This document shows, piece by piece, positions 37,281 through 51,299 of a stretch of 64,000 nucleotides of DNA; within the stretch, counting starts at the first letter, position 1; the number at the start of each line of letters is the position of its first letter. The stretch comes from Vicugna vicugna (lineage: Eukaryota). The stretch spans positions 870,001-934,000 of the forward strand of contig MU058153.1 of the NCBI GenBank assembly GCA_013265495.1. Reading direction: 5' to 3'. The notes under the pieces were generated by a model. The model saw nothing but the letters and a program-made list of their open reading frames with translations. It ran no database searches and had not been told where the DNA came from. Made by a program: the position numbers and the translations under genes.

Positions 37281-39712
37281 TGATGGTGCTGTGGCAACAT
37301 GAGATTAAAATAGAAGCATACATTATATGTCTGCCAAATAGTAGGTTCTTTATAAATGAGTGTAATTATGCACCTTGACTAATGCCCTTGAGAAGTAGAA
37401 CCAAATCTGATGCATTTTTGTAACAAGGTAATCCAGCAAGTGGCATAAACAGAACTTTGGTTGGATCCTCATGGACAGTGCAGGTACTGTCCTTGGTGCT
37501 GGAGATAAGCTAGTGAACTAAACCAGCCTCTGCCTTCATAGTATTTTCTTACTGCTGGAACCGATGTTCCAATGCCTACGTGATTGAGTAAAGGCAGCAT
37601 AGTTACAAACCTTTTCAAAAATTATTTTCTGAGACTTTTTTTTTCCTGTAAATGTTTGCTCGGAGAGCTGCCAGAGGAACAAGACTCTAAACTTTCTCCA
37701 CTTTACTGCATTTTCAGTGAGGACTAGGGGAATAAATTTGTTTCAGATCCTTTCTTGAGCCCTTTCCCTTTTCATAGAGATAACTTTAGACTCTGGACTG
37801 TTACAGGCTCAAAGCTAGCTACAAACTAGCTTCTTATTTTCTGTTACATCTTCGGCTTTTAAAATAGTACCTAAAACAATGAGCACTGAATTACAGCATG
37901 TTGAGTGAATGGATGAGTGAATGACTAAATAAGGACATTTTTCACTTTTAAGGCTATCCATTCCTTACATACAGTAAGATGATCCCTATGGGAAAAAAAA
38001 CTAAGTATTTAAGAATTAATTACCAACTGGCATGTGCTAGGATTTATGTTTGCTTGAAGAAGATACAGCAATTTGAAAGTGGTTCTTAAGAGTCATTTTA
38101 ACAAGCACTGAAGAGGTAGTTTTTGGCTACATTTATGTGAGCACCAGAACCACAGCATCTCTGAATTTCAGAAGTGTCATTGTGCCATTTTTACAATTAA
38201 ATCTCATTTTCAAAATTCAGATCACAAACAAGTTTGTAAAAACATTAATGTTCAAAATGAAGATGTCACTCAGTCTTACATCATGCCCAATAAATCATGA
38301 GAAAAAAATTTTTTATGTTTTTCCATCTCATCCTTGTACATGGACACATATAGCATGCATGTAATTACAGAAAATATGCTATTTTGAAAAGCCCTTCTTT
38401 CATGTGATATTATATCATGAGCATGCTTATATAGCACTGTGGAATTATATGATTATCACTTTCATATCTGGATAGTATTTTGTCCACTGGCCCCAACCCT
38501 ATGTGGCCACCCACTCACTCACCTTCAGTAGGCTTGTGGAATTTTATCAGTTCCCAGTTGTGCCTAAGAGCATCTATTTGCAAGAAAGAATCATTATATT
38601 GTAGCATTTTCTAGTTGAAGAAGAGCTTGAAATTCATACATTTAAATAAGTCTCTCCATTTGAGGATCAAGACACAGAGACTGAGGGGCAGTGGGAGGCA
38701 GAGTAGCCTGGTGAGAAGAATGGTGGAGGGCCAGGAGGACGTTCTTCAACTGTGATGTTAATTATTTGATCTGGAACCATCCCTTATCTTCTTTGTGCCT
38801 CAGTTTTCTCGAGTCTGCTCGCTTAGATTATTTTGGGGGGGGAATGTCATGTTTATTTACCTAAGATTCCCTACCTGGCTCAAACTAACCAATGGCATTT
38901 CCAAACCAATTTGTACAACACCAAATCAAAATAAATCATGTAATATGCTTACATAAGATTATGAAAATAATAGTATGAACAGGTTCAACATAGTCTACCT
39001 GCTGCTGTAATTTTTACTGTAATGATAATGACTTGAATCAAGTCTCTACTTGGTGTGGGATAAGCGTATTCTAAAGCAATTCCTTAGTTTGTTATCATGC
39101 AGAGTGAATTAGCTATAGGGCTTCCCCATCCTTCTTCTGAAACTTATTTCTATGACAATTCAGAATCATTGTAGAGCTCTCAACCAAATGAAGAAAGGTC
39201 AGAGGGAGATTAAGGTTTTTTCTTTTCTATGACAGAATAGCTGTTTATCAGAAAGAAACAAACTGTCAGAACTGGAGGAGGACCCAGGGTCTGCTCATTC
39301 ATCTTCGCACCCTGCTAATAAGGCACCATCACTCCTGATGGAACATTCTCCAGTGATTCTTTTTAAGTGACTCTAGCAGTGGCACTTCCAATTAGATTGA
39401 TATTTGTCATAATTGTTTCACTGGCTCTTGGTAATCACAGAGTGAATTACTGCTATTACTCTCCAACATTGCAATGAATCAATCCACAGAGGCAATTATG
39501 AAGAGTGAATGACTGAGGACACATAGTAACTAGTCTGTCTCCAGTAACTAGATACCATAATAATCAGGTCCTAAAGAATTTTATCAATTAGTCTGTTGTT
39601 TTTATTTTTAACTCATTATGAGGCTTCCAGATACTAAACTTCTTCAGTTAGGTGTCAAAGTGACTGGCCTTTGGGAACTCTGCTGTATTGGCTCCAAATG
39701 ATACATTCTGAG

Positions 39713-39970
39713 GATGACAACATGATAACTGTAGCTAAAAACACAGTAATTGTATATTTGAAAGTCGCGAAGAGAATAAATTTTAAGTTCTCATCAGAAG
39801 GGAAAAATTGCCACAATGTGAGGTGATGGATGTTAACTAAATTTACTGTGTTAATCATGTATATTGTGTCTGTATAAAAATACATAAACCAAATCATTAT
39901 GTTATACACTTTAAATGTATGCAGTGTTATATGTCAATTATATCTCAATGAAACTGGATAAAAAAAGAAA
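39713..39970 (+). mobile_element. L1MA-type 3' end with A-tail
   Basis: TTGTATATTTGAAAGTCGCGAAGAGA...GAGGTGATGGATGTTAACTAA...TCAATTATATCTCAATGAAACTGGATAAAAAAA. Confidence 0.85.
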
Positions 39971-39999
39971 AACATAACTTTGAATAAAAATTTTTTTTG

Positions 40000-40200
40000 T
40001 CACAATTGTGCCTAAGTCAGTTTCACCGTTTACTAGTTGTGTGTCCTTGTACAAATTACCCAATCTCCCTATGCCTGTGTTTCCATGTTTAGATAGGGAT
40101 ACTTACACCTGCAACCACACAGGGTTATCTGAGAATTAGACAGAACAATACAGGCAATCCCTTTGAGTACTGCTCTCTATACAGTAAGTGCTCAAAGCTG
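40000..40200 (+). mobile_element. MIR SINE
   Basis: TTTACTAGTTGTGTGTCCTTG...ACAGTAAGTGCTCAA. Confidence 0.65.
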
Positions 40201-40559
40201 CTAGATTTTATATATACCAGATGATTTTCTTCTGGTCCTGTAAATCAGGCAAATATAAGTTGTCAATTTTTAGGTGTTAATAATAGTTATTGTGGTAGAA
40301 AATAGCCTACTTTAGAATCAAAAGATCCAACTTTAGTCCTGAGTTCACCACAAATTAGCTTTATGAACCAAGACAGATCTCCGAAAATCACTGAAAGTGA
40401 ACTGTGTGTGTAAAGTGGTAACACAATACATAATTGTATCAGGATTGGAGTAAGGCTCAACTATGTTGTATACTCAAGTTGTTCACGTCTTGTTGAATAC
40501 ATTTTGATACTCAAATAACATTTTCTACTGACTGTCACATGTTATTTACTCTGCTTGCT

Positions 40560-41720
40560 TAATGAGAATAACGACTTTTAAAAATCTATACGTGAAAGAT
40601 ACAGTATCCTAGGTGGAACAAGGGCTTTGAAGAAAATTAAGGAGAGAATAAGGATAGAGAAGGGCAGGCAGAGGGTGCCCCACTTTTGATAGGGTAGCCA
40701 GGGAAGCCTCTGCTGAGAAAAGGGGCACATCTCAGTAAATAACCAGGGGAGGTGTGCGAGAGGTTCACCTGGATCCACAGAAGAGCTTTTCAGGGAGAGG
40801 GAGCAGCAGAGGCAAAGCCCGAGGGTGAAATGCACCTGGCATTTCTGAGCAACAGCCGGGAGGTCATGTGGTGTGAGCAGAGTGAACAGGAAGAGAGATC
40901 TGAGAGCTAACATGGGCCCGGCTCGTGTAGGATTTCACCCGTCCTTTTTGGAGAGTTTGGCTTTTATTAGAACGAGATAAAGCTACTGGAAGCTTTTGAG
41001 CACAGAAAAGACATAATCTGATTTACTTTTCATGAACTCATTCTAGCTGCTATTTTGACGATAGACAAAAGGAAGGGCTAGGGTAAAGTAGGTCTCCGCT
41101 GCGATGAAACTTAATGGGGGTCCAAAAAAAAAAAAAAAAACCTTAACAGGGGTCATAGTGGCTTGGACCAGCATTGTAGAAGTGGATGTGGAGAAGAGTG
41201 GTCACATTTTGACATATTTTGGATCAGTGAAGTTAACACCACCGAAATTTGTTAATACACTTGACATGGAGTATGGGAGAAAAAGTGGAGGCAAGGTTTT
41301 GGGAATGAGAAAGTGGTAGGATGGAGTTGCCATTACCTGGGAAGAAACTGTAGGCAGAGCAAACTGGGGTGACAGGAAGCACAGTTTCCGATATGCTCAT
41401 TTCAAATTGGCTATTAGAACTCAGCGTGGGTCTATCAGGTAAGCAGGATGGTGCCCGTGCAGAGGTCTGCCCTGAAATAGAAGTTTGACAATCCCAGACG
41501 TAAGGGTGATATTTAAAATCATACGGCTGGATTAGATCTGGAAGGGAGTTAGTCTAATAGAAAACAGGAGACGTTCAAGATGTGAGCCGTGGTGCACTGC
41601 ATTATTATAAGGCTGGGGAAATGAGAAAACAATTTCAGAGGAGACTTAAGAAAGTGTCACCCTCACTTGAAGATGGAAAACTGGAGAGAATGATGTTTTG
41701 GAAGCCAAGTTTAACAAAAA
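40560..41720 (-). mobile_element. L2 (L2a-like) LINE fragment
   Basis: CAGGGAAGCCTCTGCTGAG...GAGCAGCAGAGGCAAAGCCC...GGAAGCTTTTGAGCA...GATGGAGTTGCCATT...GGAAGCCAAG. Confidence 0.8.
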
Positions 41721-44700
41721 AGAAGTTTTATTTGAAAAGATGTATCAGATTGGTATAACGTAAGGACTTAACTATAGCATGACTGTGTCTGATTTACACC
41801 AAAATAGAGTAAGGAGAAATTATTCATTAGATTTGAATGTCCATTGTGTGCACAGGGAAGATGGTGATTAAAGGAAAAAGAACAATAAGAGAAAAGCAAA
41901 AACACAAACCAAAACAAAACAAAACAAAAAGCTCTCACAGATAAAACATCCTCTCTGCCTTTAAAGCTCCAAGGCAGGGAAACAGAATTAGGAACCTTGG
42001 TTATAAGTCTCATAATGAATGACAGTCAGTAGTCTGTGGGACTATAGATGAGGTAGCAATTAATTCGGAAGGCAGCTTCTGAGGGAAAAAGGTCATATAT
42101 AAGCTGGGTAGTAAAGAATGACTGTAAGTCTGTTGGGCAGAAAATAGGGTTGGACAGAAGGATAATGACATTGCAGGCAGATAAGATAGCACGGGCAATA
42201 CCGCAGATGTGTGAAAACGCAGAAGGTGTTCAGGGGAGGAGAAATAAATTCATTTGACTAAAATAGAGTTCGAAAAGAAAAATGGGGGCAAAATAGCAGT
42301 AGACACACCATTTTTTTCCTTTATGGAAAATCCTGCTGAACAGTCCAGTAGAAAGAAAAATTTGAAAAAGTGAGACATTTATCCAGAACCAAATATAATA
42401 ATTACTATCATTTTTTAAAAGGCCTTTTCTATTTTGGGAAAAGCCTCAAGCAGGACGTATTGTAAAGTGAATGTACATTTGGAGAAATATACAGAAATAC
42501 AAATTGTTCCCTGTAGGTTACTCCAATAGGTAGATGTTAATTTCAAATAATTTTGCTCGGGCTGTTTTCTAACTTCCTTACATGTAACGTTGTGTTTTAA
42601 CTTTATCTCTTGCCCAGAAATGGTTCTCTGTATTGCGAGGCTGCGAGATCACCCAGGGAGAGCGGGGCCAATTAAGCCGGACCACCTGACACGCTGAATG
42701 TATGTGAGTACGACATTAACAGCTTTGAGAAAGGTTGTCTTGTATGTGGCTTAAGGCGCTCTGGAGGATGTAGACCGTGGATTGAGACGGTTCATGGCTG
42801 GATGCTCGGCCCGGGCAAGCTCTCACTGGTGAGTGGGGTATGCCTGTGCACCTGTGACAAGGCTTGATTTCTCCTCTAAGGATGTGCATTGCGTTTCCGC
42901 CGGGAGTGACTGTCTCTCATAACTGCTCTGCCTCTCGTAAAATTTGAAAGCCTGCTTTCTGAGCACAGCTGCATATACTACTTCTTCCACTCCCCTACTC
43001 CTGCTGAGCCACACTTACCTTCCTTTGATCTTTCTCTGTCACTTTGGCCCATCGGGCACCACATTTAATTTTATCTGCCCTCCTGAATCCGAAGTCCGCC
43101 AACTGGACAGTTCTCTCTAAACCTCTTGTCCTCTTTCTCTCCTGCCATACTCGCCTTGCCAATTGGCAAGTTAGTATTTATGTAATTACTTGATTATTTT
43201 CTGTGCCTTTTTCTAGACCAAATGCTCCATGCAGGTAAGGATCGTGCATGTTTGCCGACATATCACAGGTGGTCAGCATTTCCGGGCTGCCTGACCCTGC
43301 CTGGTCCTGAGTGGCATCTGGGCCCTATGATGCTCCAGCCCTTTTCAAAATCTCAGTTCTCTGGGGGCTCAAATCTTCCCCTGATTATCTCAGTTTCAGA
43401 TAAAACAGCCTCTTGCTTTCTAGAAAAGATGAGGCTCTCTGATGTGAGCATCACTGAATTTTTCTTTAGACCTTAAAATATCTCCGTGTCTGTCCATAGT
43501 CTATTTCCTGTTTCCCAGAATAACTTCGTAAGCACATTAGATTTTAATCCTAACATTTTACATTTCTTTCTCAACTTTCTTAAATCCGTTATTCCTCCTT
43601 GATTTGCATTTTTCCATTTTTCTGGTTCCTTCCACACAGGCAAAAAAACCAACATGCTTTTTATGTTTTTTATCCTGGAGAAAATTCATGCAACTAAAAT
43701 CAAAACAAAACAAGCCTCCTTCATCTCACTAGTATCTTAGTTTTCCCCCCACTTAGCCCCTTTTACCCATTCAAACTTCTCTGCAGAACAGTCAGTGTCC
43801 TTTGCCAACTCATGGTAAATTCAACAAAAGAAGGGGCTATATTTATTTTGCAGTACAGTGTATTTCCAGTACCGAGCACAATAGCTAAAATGGTAGGGGC
43901 TCAATAATTAAATGAGTTCATTTTAGCCACCCTTTCACTTCCCACTGTCTACCTGAGTGTGAAAATGTTGCTTCAAGCACTGCTTAAATTACTCTTACCA
44001 AAATAACTAACCACAATAACTCCTTTCTCTGTATTATTCAATCCATGACCAAGTTTCAGACACTTCCCATGTATTTTATATCATAATTTATCTTAATTAC
44101 TGTTAGCTGTATTTGCCTCATCACTTCATCAGGGCCGTGGCCCCTAGGGCTCAGGACAATTCACGTGGTATTTCCATAGCCCCGTAACTCTTAAAAAGGT
44201 GTTTATTGGTCAGTAATTACTAATGAATTGAATTAATACCTTTAACTGTTGAAGAGTCCTCCAGCATTGCTGTAACCACGTTAGTATTGCGTTTGATGAG
44301 ACATTTTGTTCCTAAAATAAAAATGGGAAAACACAATGGGATAGCCTTTTATAAACCATTTCAAATCATTAAAATAATAATTTTAGAAAGCTATGCCAAA
44401 TGAATCATGATATATGTGCTTTGTATCTATCACCCCTTTGTATAAACAATTAGACATATCTATCCATATGTATGTTATACATACATGTACATACATATAC
44501 ATGTGAAGACCTTGGTGTAACCACTTGATAAAAGAACCAGCATTGCTTAAATTATTTCTAAGAAAATAAGATTCTCTTCCAGGTCCTTTAAATGTACCCA
44601 GTAAATGCACGCAAGAGGAGATAGAAAAACCCTAAGAAACTGTTTCAGGAACCTGAACAGAGATTTACGAATTATTCTACACTTACCTTCCTGCTGTCCT

Positions 44701-45429
44701 CATTTTTGCCCTTCTTAAATAGGCTCTCATTTTTCACTTCTTCCAACTGTTTGATTCACTTCTTCCTCCAACTCACATGTATTTGCAGCCTGATTTGAGT
44801 GTATTCACCCGAGGTCTGATCTTCTAAGACTTCTCTGGGACACCACGTCCTGGATGACCTGTGGACTACATGTAGTGAAACCATGGAGGAGAACTTACAG
44901 CCATAGGAAAGAGATTAGGCAAATCCAAAGTGATTACTCAGTGACTTGTCGGCCGAATAATTTACTGTTTAATTAACTTTTCTGCTTCCTGTTTAGTTGT
45001 AACTTTATATAAAGAGAAATACCTTTTTTAAGAAAATATGGTGGATTTAAGTTGCTTTCTCCCAGCAAAAAGTCTTGCGTGTGACCCTCACACAGATTTA
45101 AAATTTGAATTTTATTGCTTATGTGATGCTCACTCAGAGGACTGTTGTTTGTCATGGAGACCTCAGCAAAACCTAAATAATTCCCAAAGCTGTAACATTT
45201 TAAAAATTTAGATATGGTGTCAATTCAGGGAAACCATAAAGGTTTATTGATAATCACTTAATTTGGGAGGTCTCTCTGTCTCTAATTCAGTAACTTGGAT
45301 GACTGCATGATCTATGCCTCTTCTGTAATTATTTGGTGTGTGCATTGGGCTAATTCTTGCAAACCAGTCTGTATGGGATGCGTCAGAGGCACTAACCGAG
45401 AAGGACCCCCAGTTCTATTACTTCATTCT

Positions 45430-45906
45430 CTGGGTTCCATGTAGCTGTTCAGGTGGACATCCTTTATTTGCTCCCCCTGTGTCACTCTGTGTTGGAGGCT
45501 GACCTACTATATCAATGCCTTGATCACTGGGCTCTAGGCCCCTTTTGGCCAGCAGGAAGCCCCAGCAAGAGACAATAAGAAAGGAAGAATGAGATCGAGG
45601 GGTTCATTCCGCAGGATCCTTCTCTGTAAGTTCATCTCAAGCTGGCTGGATCTGTTCAGGTCTGTGTTTTTCAAGGCTGCCTTCTGTACATGAAATATGT
45701 AGATGCCGTCTGCATAAACGGCCTTGTCTTCCACTCTCTTGTCACCAAGAGATCTTAACTCCTTTCTTCTTACTAGCTTAGAGTTCTGCATCCTGGCTTC
45801 TCTGCATCCTGGTTACCTCTTTGTAAACAGCCCCTTTTAAAATATACTGTCTTCAAATTACCTTAATCTGAGTGTGCCAGCTATTGTTTATCAGAACTCT
45901 GGTATA
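45430..45906 (+). mobile_element. ERVL solo LTR (LTR33-like)
   Basis: GGAGGCTGACCT...TTTGGCCAGCAGGAAGCCCCAGCAAGAGA...CTTCAAATTACCTTAATCTGAGTGTGCCA. Confidence 0.7.
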
Positions 45907-46785
45907 ATGTCTCTTTTTGAGATTCTTTAATTAACATCATATTGACTACAACTTTGCAATCTGATCACTAATACTGGTGAACAGCAAACTCAGTGTAAGT
46001 ATTTAAGTAATAGGCATGAACCAAGTGTCAATACAGAAAGAGGTCCTGAGAAAATATGAGAAACTATTGCATTAGCAATGTTTGTTGTTTCCTTCTACAT
46101 TTAGATTGGCCCCTAAAATATAATCAATAACTGAATTATTAGGAGGTGATACCATGTTGGGTGTACTTTGTCTTTTTTTGTGTGTGGATGGACAGCACCA
46201 AAGTTGTACTAGATCTGCCAGGATATGCAAGTCAAACTTTCACCAATTTAATGTTTCCTTTTAGAAGGTTAATTGACTGATGGGACCAGTAGGTGAGATC
46301 TTTTGGACCTTGACAAAGGCGTAAATTTGGTGTGAGTGGTCATGTTTACAAAAGAGAAGTTTGGCTATAGTGATATTGTTGGCATTCAACAAGTCAGAGA
46401 TTTTTTCTAATGATTTGCTTTTATTATTTGTGTTTTTAAAGAGGAAATGTCTAAAAGCAACAGAATAGGATCTCTTTCATCTGAGAAAAACTCAAATGAG
46501 AAATATGCTTCTTTTATTTAATTATACAAGTTAGCCCCAAACCTTTTTTAATGTCTAGTTCAAAGGAGAGAGGCAGCTTCTGATAGTAAACTTAGTACTA
46601 TATATAATCACCCACCAAAACATTTCCACAGCATTTGAATATTTGAAATTTGGTTGCCACTTCGAAACTATCAAAGCAATTGTAGACCTGTTATGGAAAG
46701 TTTGAGAAATTGAGAAAAATAAGTTTATAACTCGAACCTAGAACTCTTATAATTTCAGTACATTGACCTCAGTTTTCTTATATAG

Positions 46786-47140
46786 TTTTGTTTTCATTGA
46801 AGTATTGTTGATTTATAATGTTGTGTTAGTTTCTGGAGTACAGCATAGTGATTAAATTATGCATATATATATATATACACACACACACACACTTTTTCAA
46901 TATAGGTTATTACAAGATGTTGAATATAATTCCCTGTGCTATACAGTAGGGCCTTGTTGTTTATCTATTTTATATACAGTAGTTAGCATCTGCAAATCCT
47001 GAACTTTAAATGTATCCCTGTCCTCTTTCCCCCAGTAATCGTAAGTTTGTTTTCTATATTGTGAGTGTGTTTATATTTTGTAAACAATTTCACTTGTGTT
47101 ATTCTTTTTAGATTTCACAGGTAAATGATACCATATAATG
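46786..47140 (-). mobile_element. L1 3'UTR fragment with internal (TA)n(CA)n
   Basis: ATTGAAGTATTGTTGATTTATAATGTTGTGTTAGTTTCTGG...TTTTTAGATTTCACAGGTAAATGATACCATA. Confidence 0.88.
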
Positions 47141-47612
47141 TTTGGAAACTATAAACAAAACAAAAAGATAATTTATATGGTTTTAATCTTAGTGCACAAA
47201 CAATATTTGCATCCATAAGCCAAGAATTTTTCCAAATTCCTACATAGTTTTATAATAATTACTTCTAGACATCTTTTAAAAAAAATTCTTGCCACAGAGT
47301 GAATGTTCAATAAATGTTACTGATTATTTAATGAAACAGATACTTAATGCAATTTTAAAGATAGATTGCTTCAATGATAATGACATTCTTTGATACGCAC
47401 TTAACTCCATATAGTGAATTAGCACATTTCATTAATTCTGAGATGCATGTTTTAAAAAAAAATTTCCAACTCTAAAAATGAAGCACATTTTATTAAAGTG
47501 CAAAACAGTTTAATTTTCAGAATATTTTTCTTTTGTATGATTCATAAAATAGCTAGGAGCCCATGATATCTTAATATTTCAATTTTGGAGATTAGATTAC
47601 CAGACATTGGTG

Positions 47613-47616
<4 letters not shown>

Positions 47617-47662
<46 letters not shown>

Positions 47663-47672
47663 CATGCGCACG
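47617..47672. repeat. (TG)n microsatellite followed by (CG)n and alternating purine-pyrimidine
   Basis: TGTG...TGCGCGCGTGCATGCGCACG directly visible. Confidence 0.95.
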
Positions 47673-48559
47673 AATGTGGCAATGAATTCTGGAAGAAAGA
47701 TTATACCTCCTCACTTAAATGCTGTCTGGAAGTCCATGAAAATTGCTACAAAAAATCCTGTAAAATTGAGACAGTGAAACAAAAAGAAACTGGTTTATTC
47801 CACTGCTTCAGTTATAGTGTTTTTAAGAAAATATTTATACCATATTTCCCTTTTAAATCTTTAAATAATATTTGAAGTCAAGTATGTTTTGGGTCAACTT
47901 ACAAAGAAAAAACATTTATGTTGATTTTAGGAAAAAGTATTAAAAGTAAATGAAAATATTATCCTCCCTCTGAGATAACATCTTCTTTTTGAAAATGATT
48001 GCACAGTGGCCTAATACACATACCGCTTCTCCCAGTAATTCAGCTGAAATCAAGTTCTGGGTGGAACAGCAAAGTGAGCTAAAATATGTCAAAAAATGCC
48101 TCTGAGTACTTCCCACTTGCAGGCAAAGACATCACTTAGTTACAACAGTAGAAATTACATTTTAATCAATATGCCCTTTGCTATTAATCCATTTTTGACT
48201 GCCAGAAGAGATTGTAATAACATGATAGGAAAATCAGCTATCTAATGAATCATTGCAAAGAAAAAAGTGTTGGAATTTGTTCATTTTTAACTTAGCATGT
48301 ATAGCATTGACATGTATACTCTGCGTTCTTGCAACTCTTGAAAGCACCTAGAATTTTTAGTATACTCAGGATGTCTTTCGTGGCAACTTAAAAAAATCAT
48401 CTGTGGTTTTCGTTGGTGACATAAATTGATCAGCCACCAGCAGGTCCACATTTTCTTACCTCTGGTAAGGACTAAATGTCTGATGATATTGTTAATGGCC
48501 AATGCCTGTTCTAACATAGATATAAGCTAGGTTTTACTTTTACCAAAATCCCCTTATTT

Positions 48560-49070
48560 TTGACAGAATTTATTTTATAAAGCAGCAATGCACATTCATT
48601 TTAGAAATAGCACAGCATGCACAGAAAACATAAGGTCTTGAACACTCATGACACTCTTTTGGTAAACATAACTTTCATTATCACGGATGCACAGATGCAT
48701 TCAAAGATTTTCTCTATGTACATATCTCAATTTTTAATTTATTGTAAATATTTTTTTCCTTTTAGTAAGTATGTGTGTAAATTTTTTTTAATTCTGTGTG
48801 GTATTTCTTTGTATCTTGATGTATTTAGCTAATACTCTGATGTTAAAGTATATTGTATCCAAAGTTATATTGCCAGGAAAGTGCCAGGATGAACATGCAC
48901 ATAAATTTGGGGGCTGTCCTTCAATATTTTAGTTGAATAAATTCCCCCTAAGTAAAATATTAGGGTAGCAGACACATATAATTTGAGCATTTTACATCCC
49001 AGCTGTATATCCAAATAAAGTTTTTAGCAGTATAGGAGAGTGATTCAATAATTTTTTTAATATTTACCAA
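48560..49070 (-). mobile_element. Old L1ME-type 3' fragment
   Basis: GAATAAATTCCCCCTAAGTAAAAT...CAGCAGTATAGGAGAGTG resembles an old L1 antisense 3' region. Confidence 0.45.
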
Positions 49071-49076
49071 TCAGAA

Positions 49077-49431
49077 ATCTTAGTCCATTTGGGTTGCTCT
49101 AACAAAATACCATAGATCAGGTGGTTTAAGCAGCAAACATTTATTTCTCATGGTTCTGGAGACTGGATGTCTAAGGTCAAGGAACCAACAAATTGGGTGT
49201 CTGGTGAGCCCTCTCTCCCTGGTCCATAAATAGCCGTCCTTTCTCTGTGTCTTCATGTGGCAGAGGATGAGAGGAAGCTCTCTGGTGTCTCATAAGGATG
49301 CTAATCCCATTATGGAGGCTTCACCCTCATGACTTAAGTACCTCCCAAAGACCGACCTCCAAATGCCATTACCTTGGGGATTGGGTTTCCACATGTGAAT
49401 TAGGGTGGACACAGACGTTCATTCTATAGCA
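49077..49431 (-). mobile_element. MaLR solo LTR (MLT1A/A0-like)
   Basis: TCTTAGTCCATTTGGGTTGCTCTAACAAAATACCATAGA...ATTTATTTCTCATGGTTCTGGAGACTGG...TTCATTCTATAGCA. Confidence 0.88.
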
Positions 49432-50284
49432 CATGACAGTGCTCTCCTATTATTAATTTGATTTTTCTTCATCCTTAATAAGCATTAATATTTTCCATAC
49501 ATTTATTATAATTTATTTATTTATTTAGTTAGTTAGTTAGTTAATTGTGTACTCATGACCCCATCTGGGTTGTGTTTACTGAGGACACACAAAGAGGAAA
49601 GAACATAGTGTAGAACGTGGAGGTCACAGGGGAGAAGGAGAGACGGCATTCTCCCCAGTAAGCCTCACGCCTACTGGAAGGCAATCTCTTCCCCTGGAGA
49701 CTTGTGATGAATTTGGCATTTGTACTGAATGCCAAAGCAAACATGCAATTTAGTGAAACTCCAGTCTGACTGGTTGTCAGCATTTAGGTTGATTAAAGGA
49801 AAAATAACTCAGATTTTAACTTTATTTTTTAAGCCACCTGTTAGCAGGTGGTATCAGCGCTGTTAACAGTGAAGGTTAGGATCTTTCTACATGAAAGTAA
49901 GAGCTTAAAGGAAATCAGAAACATTTATCGGCTACAGTGCTTGAAGTGTTGGACTAAGAATTTACTTACCTTATGTTCTTTTTGTCAATAGACACATGAT
50001 TTTTTGTTTCAGCATCCATTTTATTCATCTTTATTTTCCCAGTGCCTAGAATAATGCCCATCATATAGTAAAAGTTCAAGAAATGCATAATTGTCTCTGG
50101 TTCACAGGTAATAAAAACCAGTGGTCAAAGAAACTGAGTAATTTTTTACCTGAGTCACACAGCTCGAAAGGAAGAGTCTCAAAATTTAGCAGAAGTTTGT
50201 CCAAACCCAAACGCTTAGCTCTATGTATTTCATATGACATCATTTCCTAAGATAATATTGCTCTTGGTATACATTCTGTCTTGT

Positions 50285-50620
50285 TATATTCTCATTCTAA
50301 TGCAAGATAGACTAGATAATGCTGTGGAACAAATAACCCAACCATCTCAATGGCTTAAAAAAAGCACAAGTTCCTTCTCGTGTGTTTCATGTAATGACTG
50401 CTTGTTAGCCAAGGGCTTTGCTCCTCATTGTCTTCAGTCCAGAGTCCAGGGTGAGGGAGCAGATCCTCCCTGGACCTTTCATGGTTTTCTAGGATAAGGA
50501 AAAAAGAACAAGTCTTGTCCTGGCTTGTTAATCTCCAGCCAGAGGTGATGTGATAAACCTGCTGGTATTTCGCTGGTCAAGGCAAGTCACCTAATTTCAC
50601 ACGTATTGTGAAACTTCATG
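50285..50620 (-). mobile_element. Old MaLR LTR (MLT1J/K/L-like)
   Basis: ATGCTGTGGAACAAATAACCCAACCATCTCAATGGCTTAA...GGTCAAGGCAAGTCAC. Confidence 0.65.
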
Positions 50621-50738
50621 GGAGCTTGAGGGTGGGAAAGTGAAACTGAGTGGGCCCAGGGTAGTTGCTTACAATTTGTAAGTGAGAGAGGATGACGGAA
50701 GAATCTGAGTCTGAGAAGGAGGAATGAAGATGGGACAC

Positions 50739-51176
50739 AGTGATAGTTAATTTTATTTGTCATCTTGACTGGGCCACACTACCTAGATATTTGATCAAAT
50801 GTTATTCTGGATGTTTCTGGGAAGATTATTTTTGGCTGAGATTAACATTTAAGTGAATAGACTCAGTAAAGCAGATTACTTTACATGATGTGAGTGGGCC
50901 ATTCAACCAGTTGAAGACCTTCATCGGACAAAGACTGACCTCTCTTGAGTGAGGAGGAATTCTGCCTGCTGTCTGTCTTTGGACTGGAACTGCAAATATT
51001 CCTGACAGAGCAAGGTCTTCATTTTAAAAAGATCACATTTGAATAGATAAAAGATAATATCCAATGATCTCCACAAGCATTAGTCCACCTTCTAACAGGC
51101 AGCGCAATCCTCAGGCAGACAGAACACCGAGGTTAATATATATAGAGAGAAAATGTATATGGTCCAATAGGACAAT

Positions 51177-51210
<34 letters not shown>

Positions 51211-51240
51211 CCTGTGGGTTTTGTTTCTCTGGGCAGATGA
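50739..51240 (+). mobile_element. MLT2 (ERVL) LTR with (CA)n near the 3' end
   Basis: TGATAGTTAATTTTATTTGTCATCTTGACTGGGCCAC...AGTAAAGCAGATTAC...(CA)n TCCTGTGGGTTTTGTTTCTCTGG. Confidence 0.8.
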
Positions 51241-51299
51241 TAGGCCCCTCTCACAGCTGGTAGGTAATGGGAATAAACACTTCTGGAGGATTGGATACG

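Noticed and set aside
49834..49851. CCACCTG-TTAG-CAGGTGG palindrome (paired E-boxes, CTCF-like)
   Set aside because: Only a 7-bp stem and an imperfect CTCF match; unsupported without conservation data.
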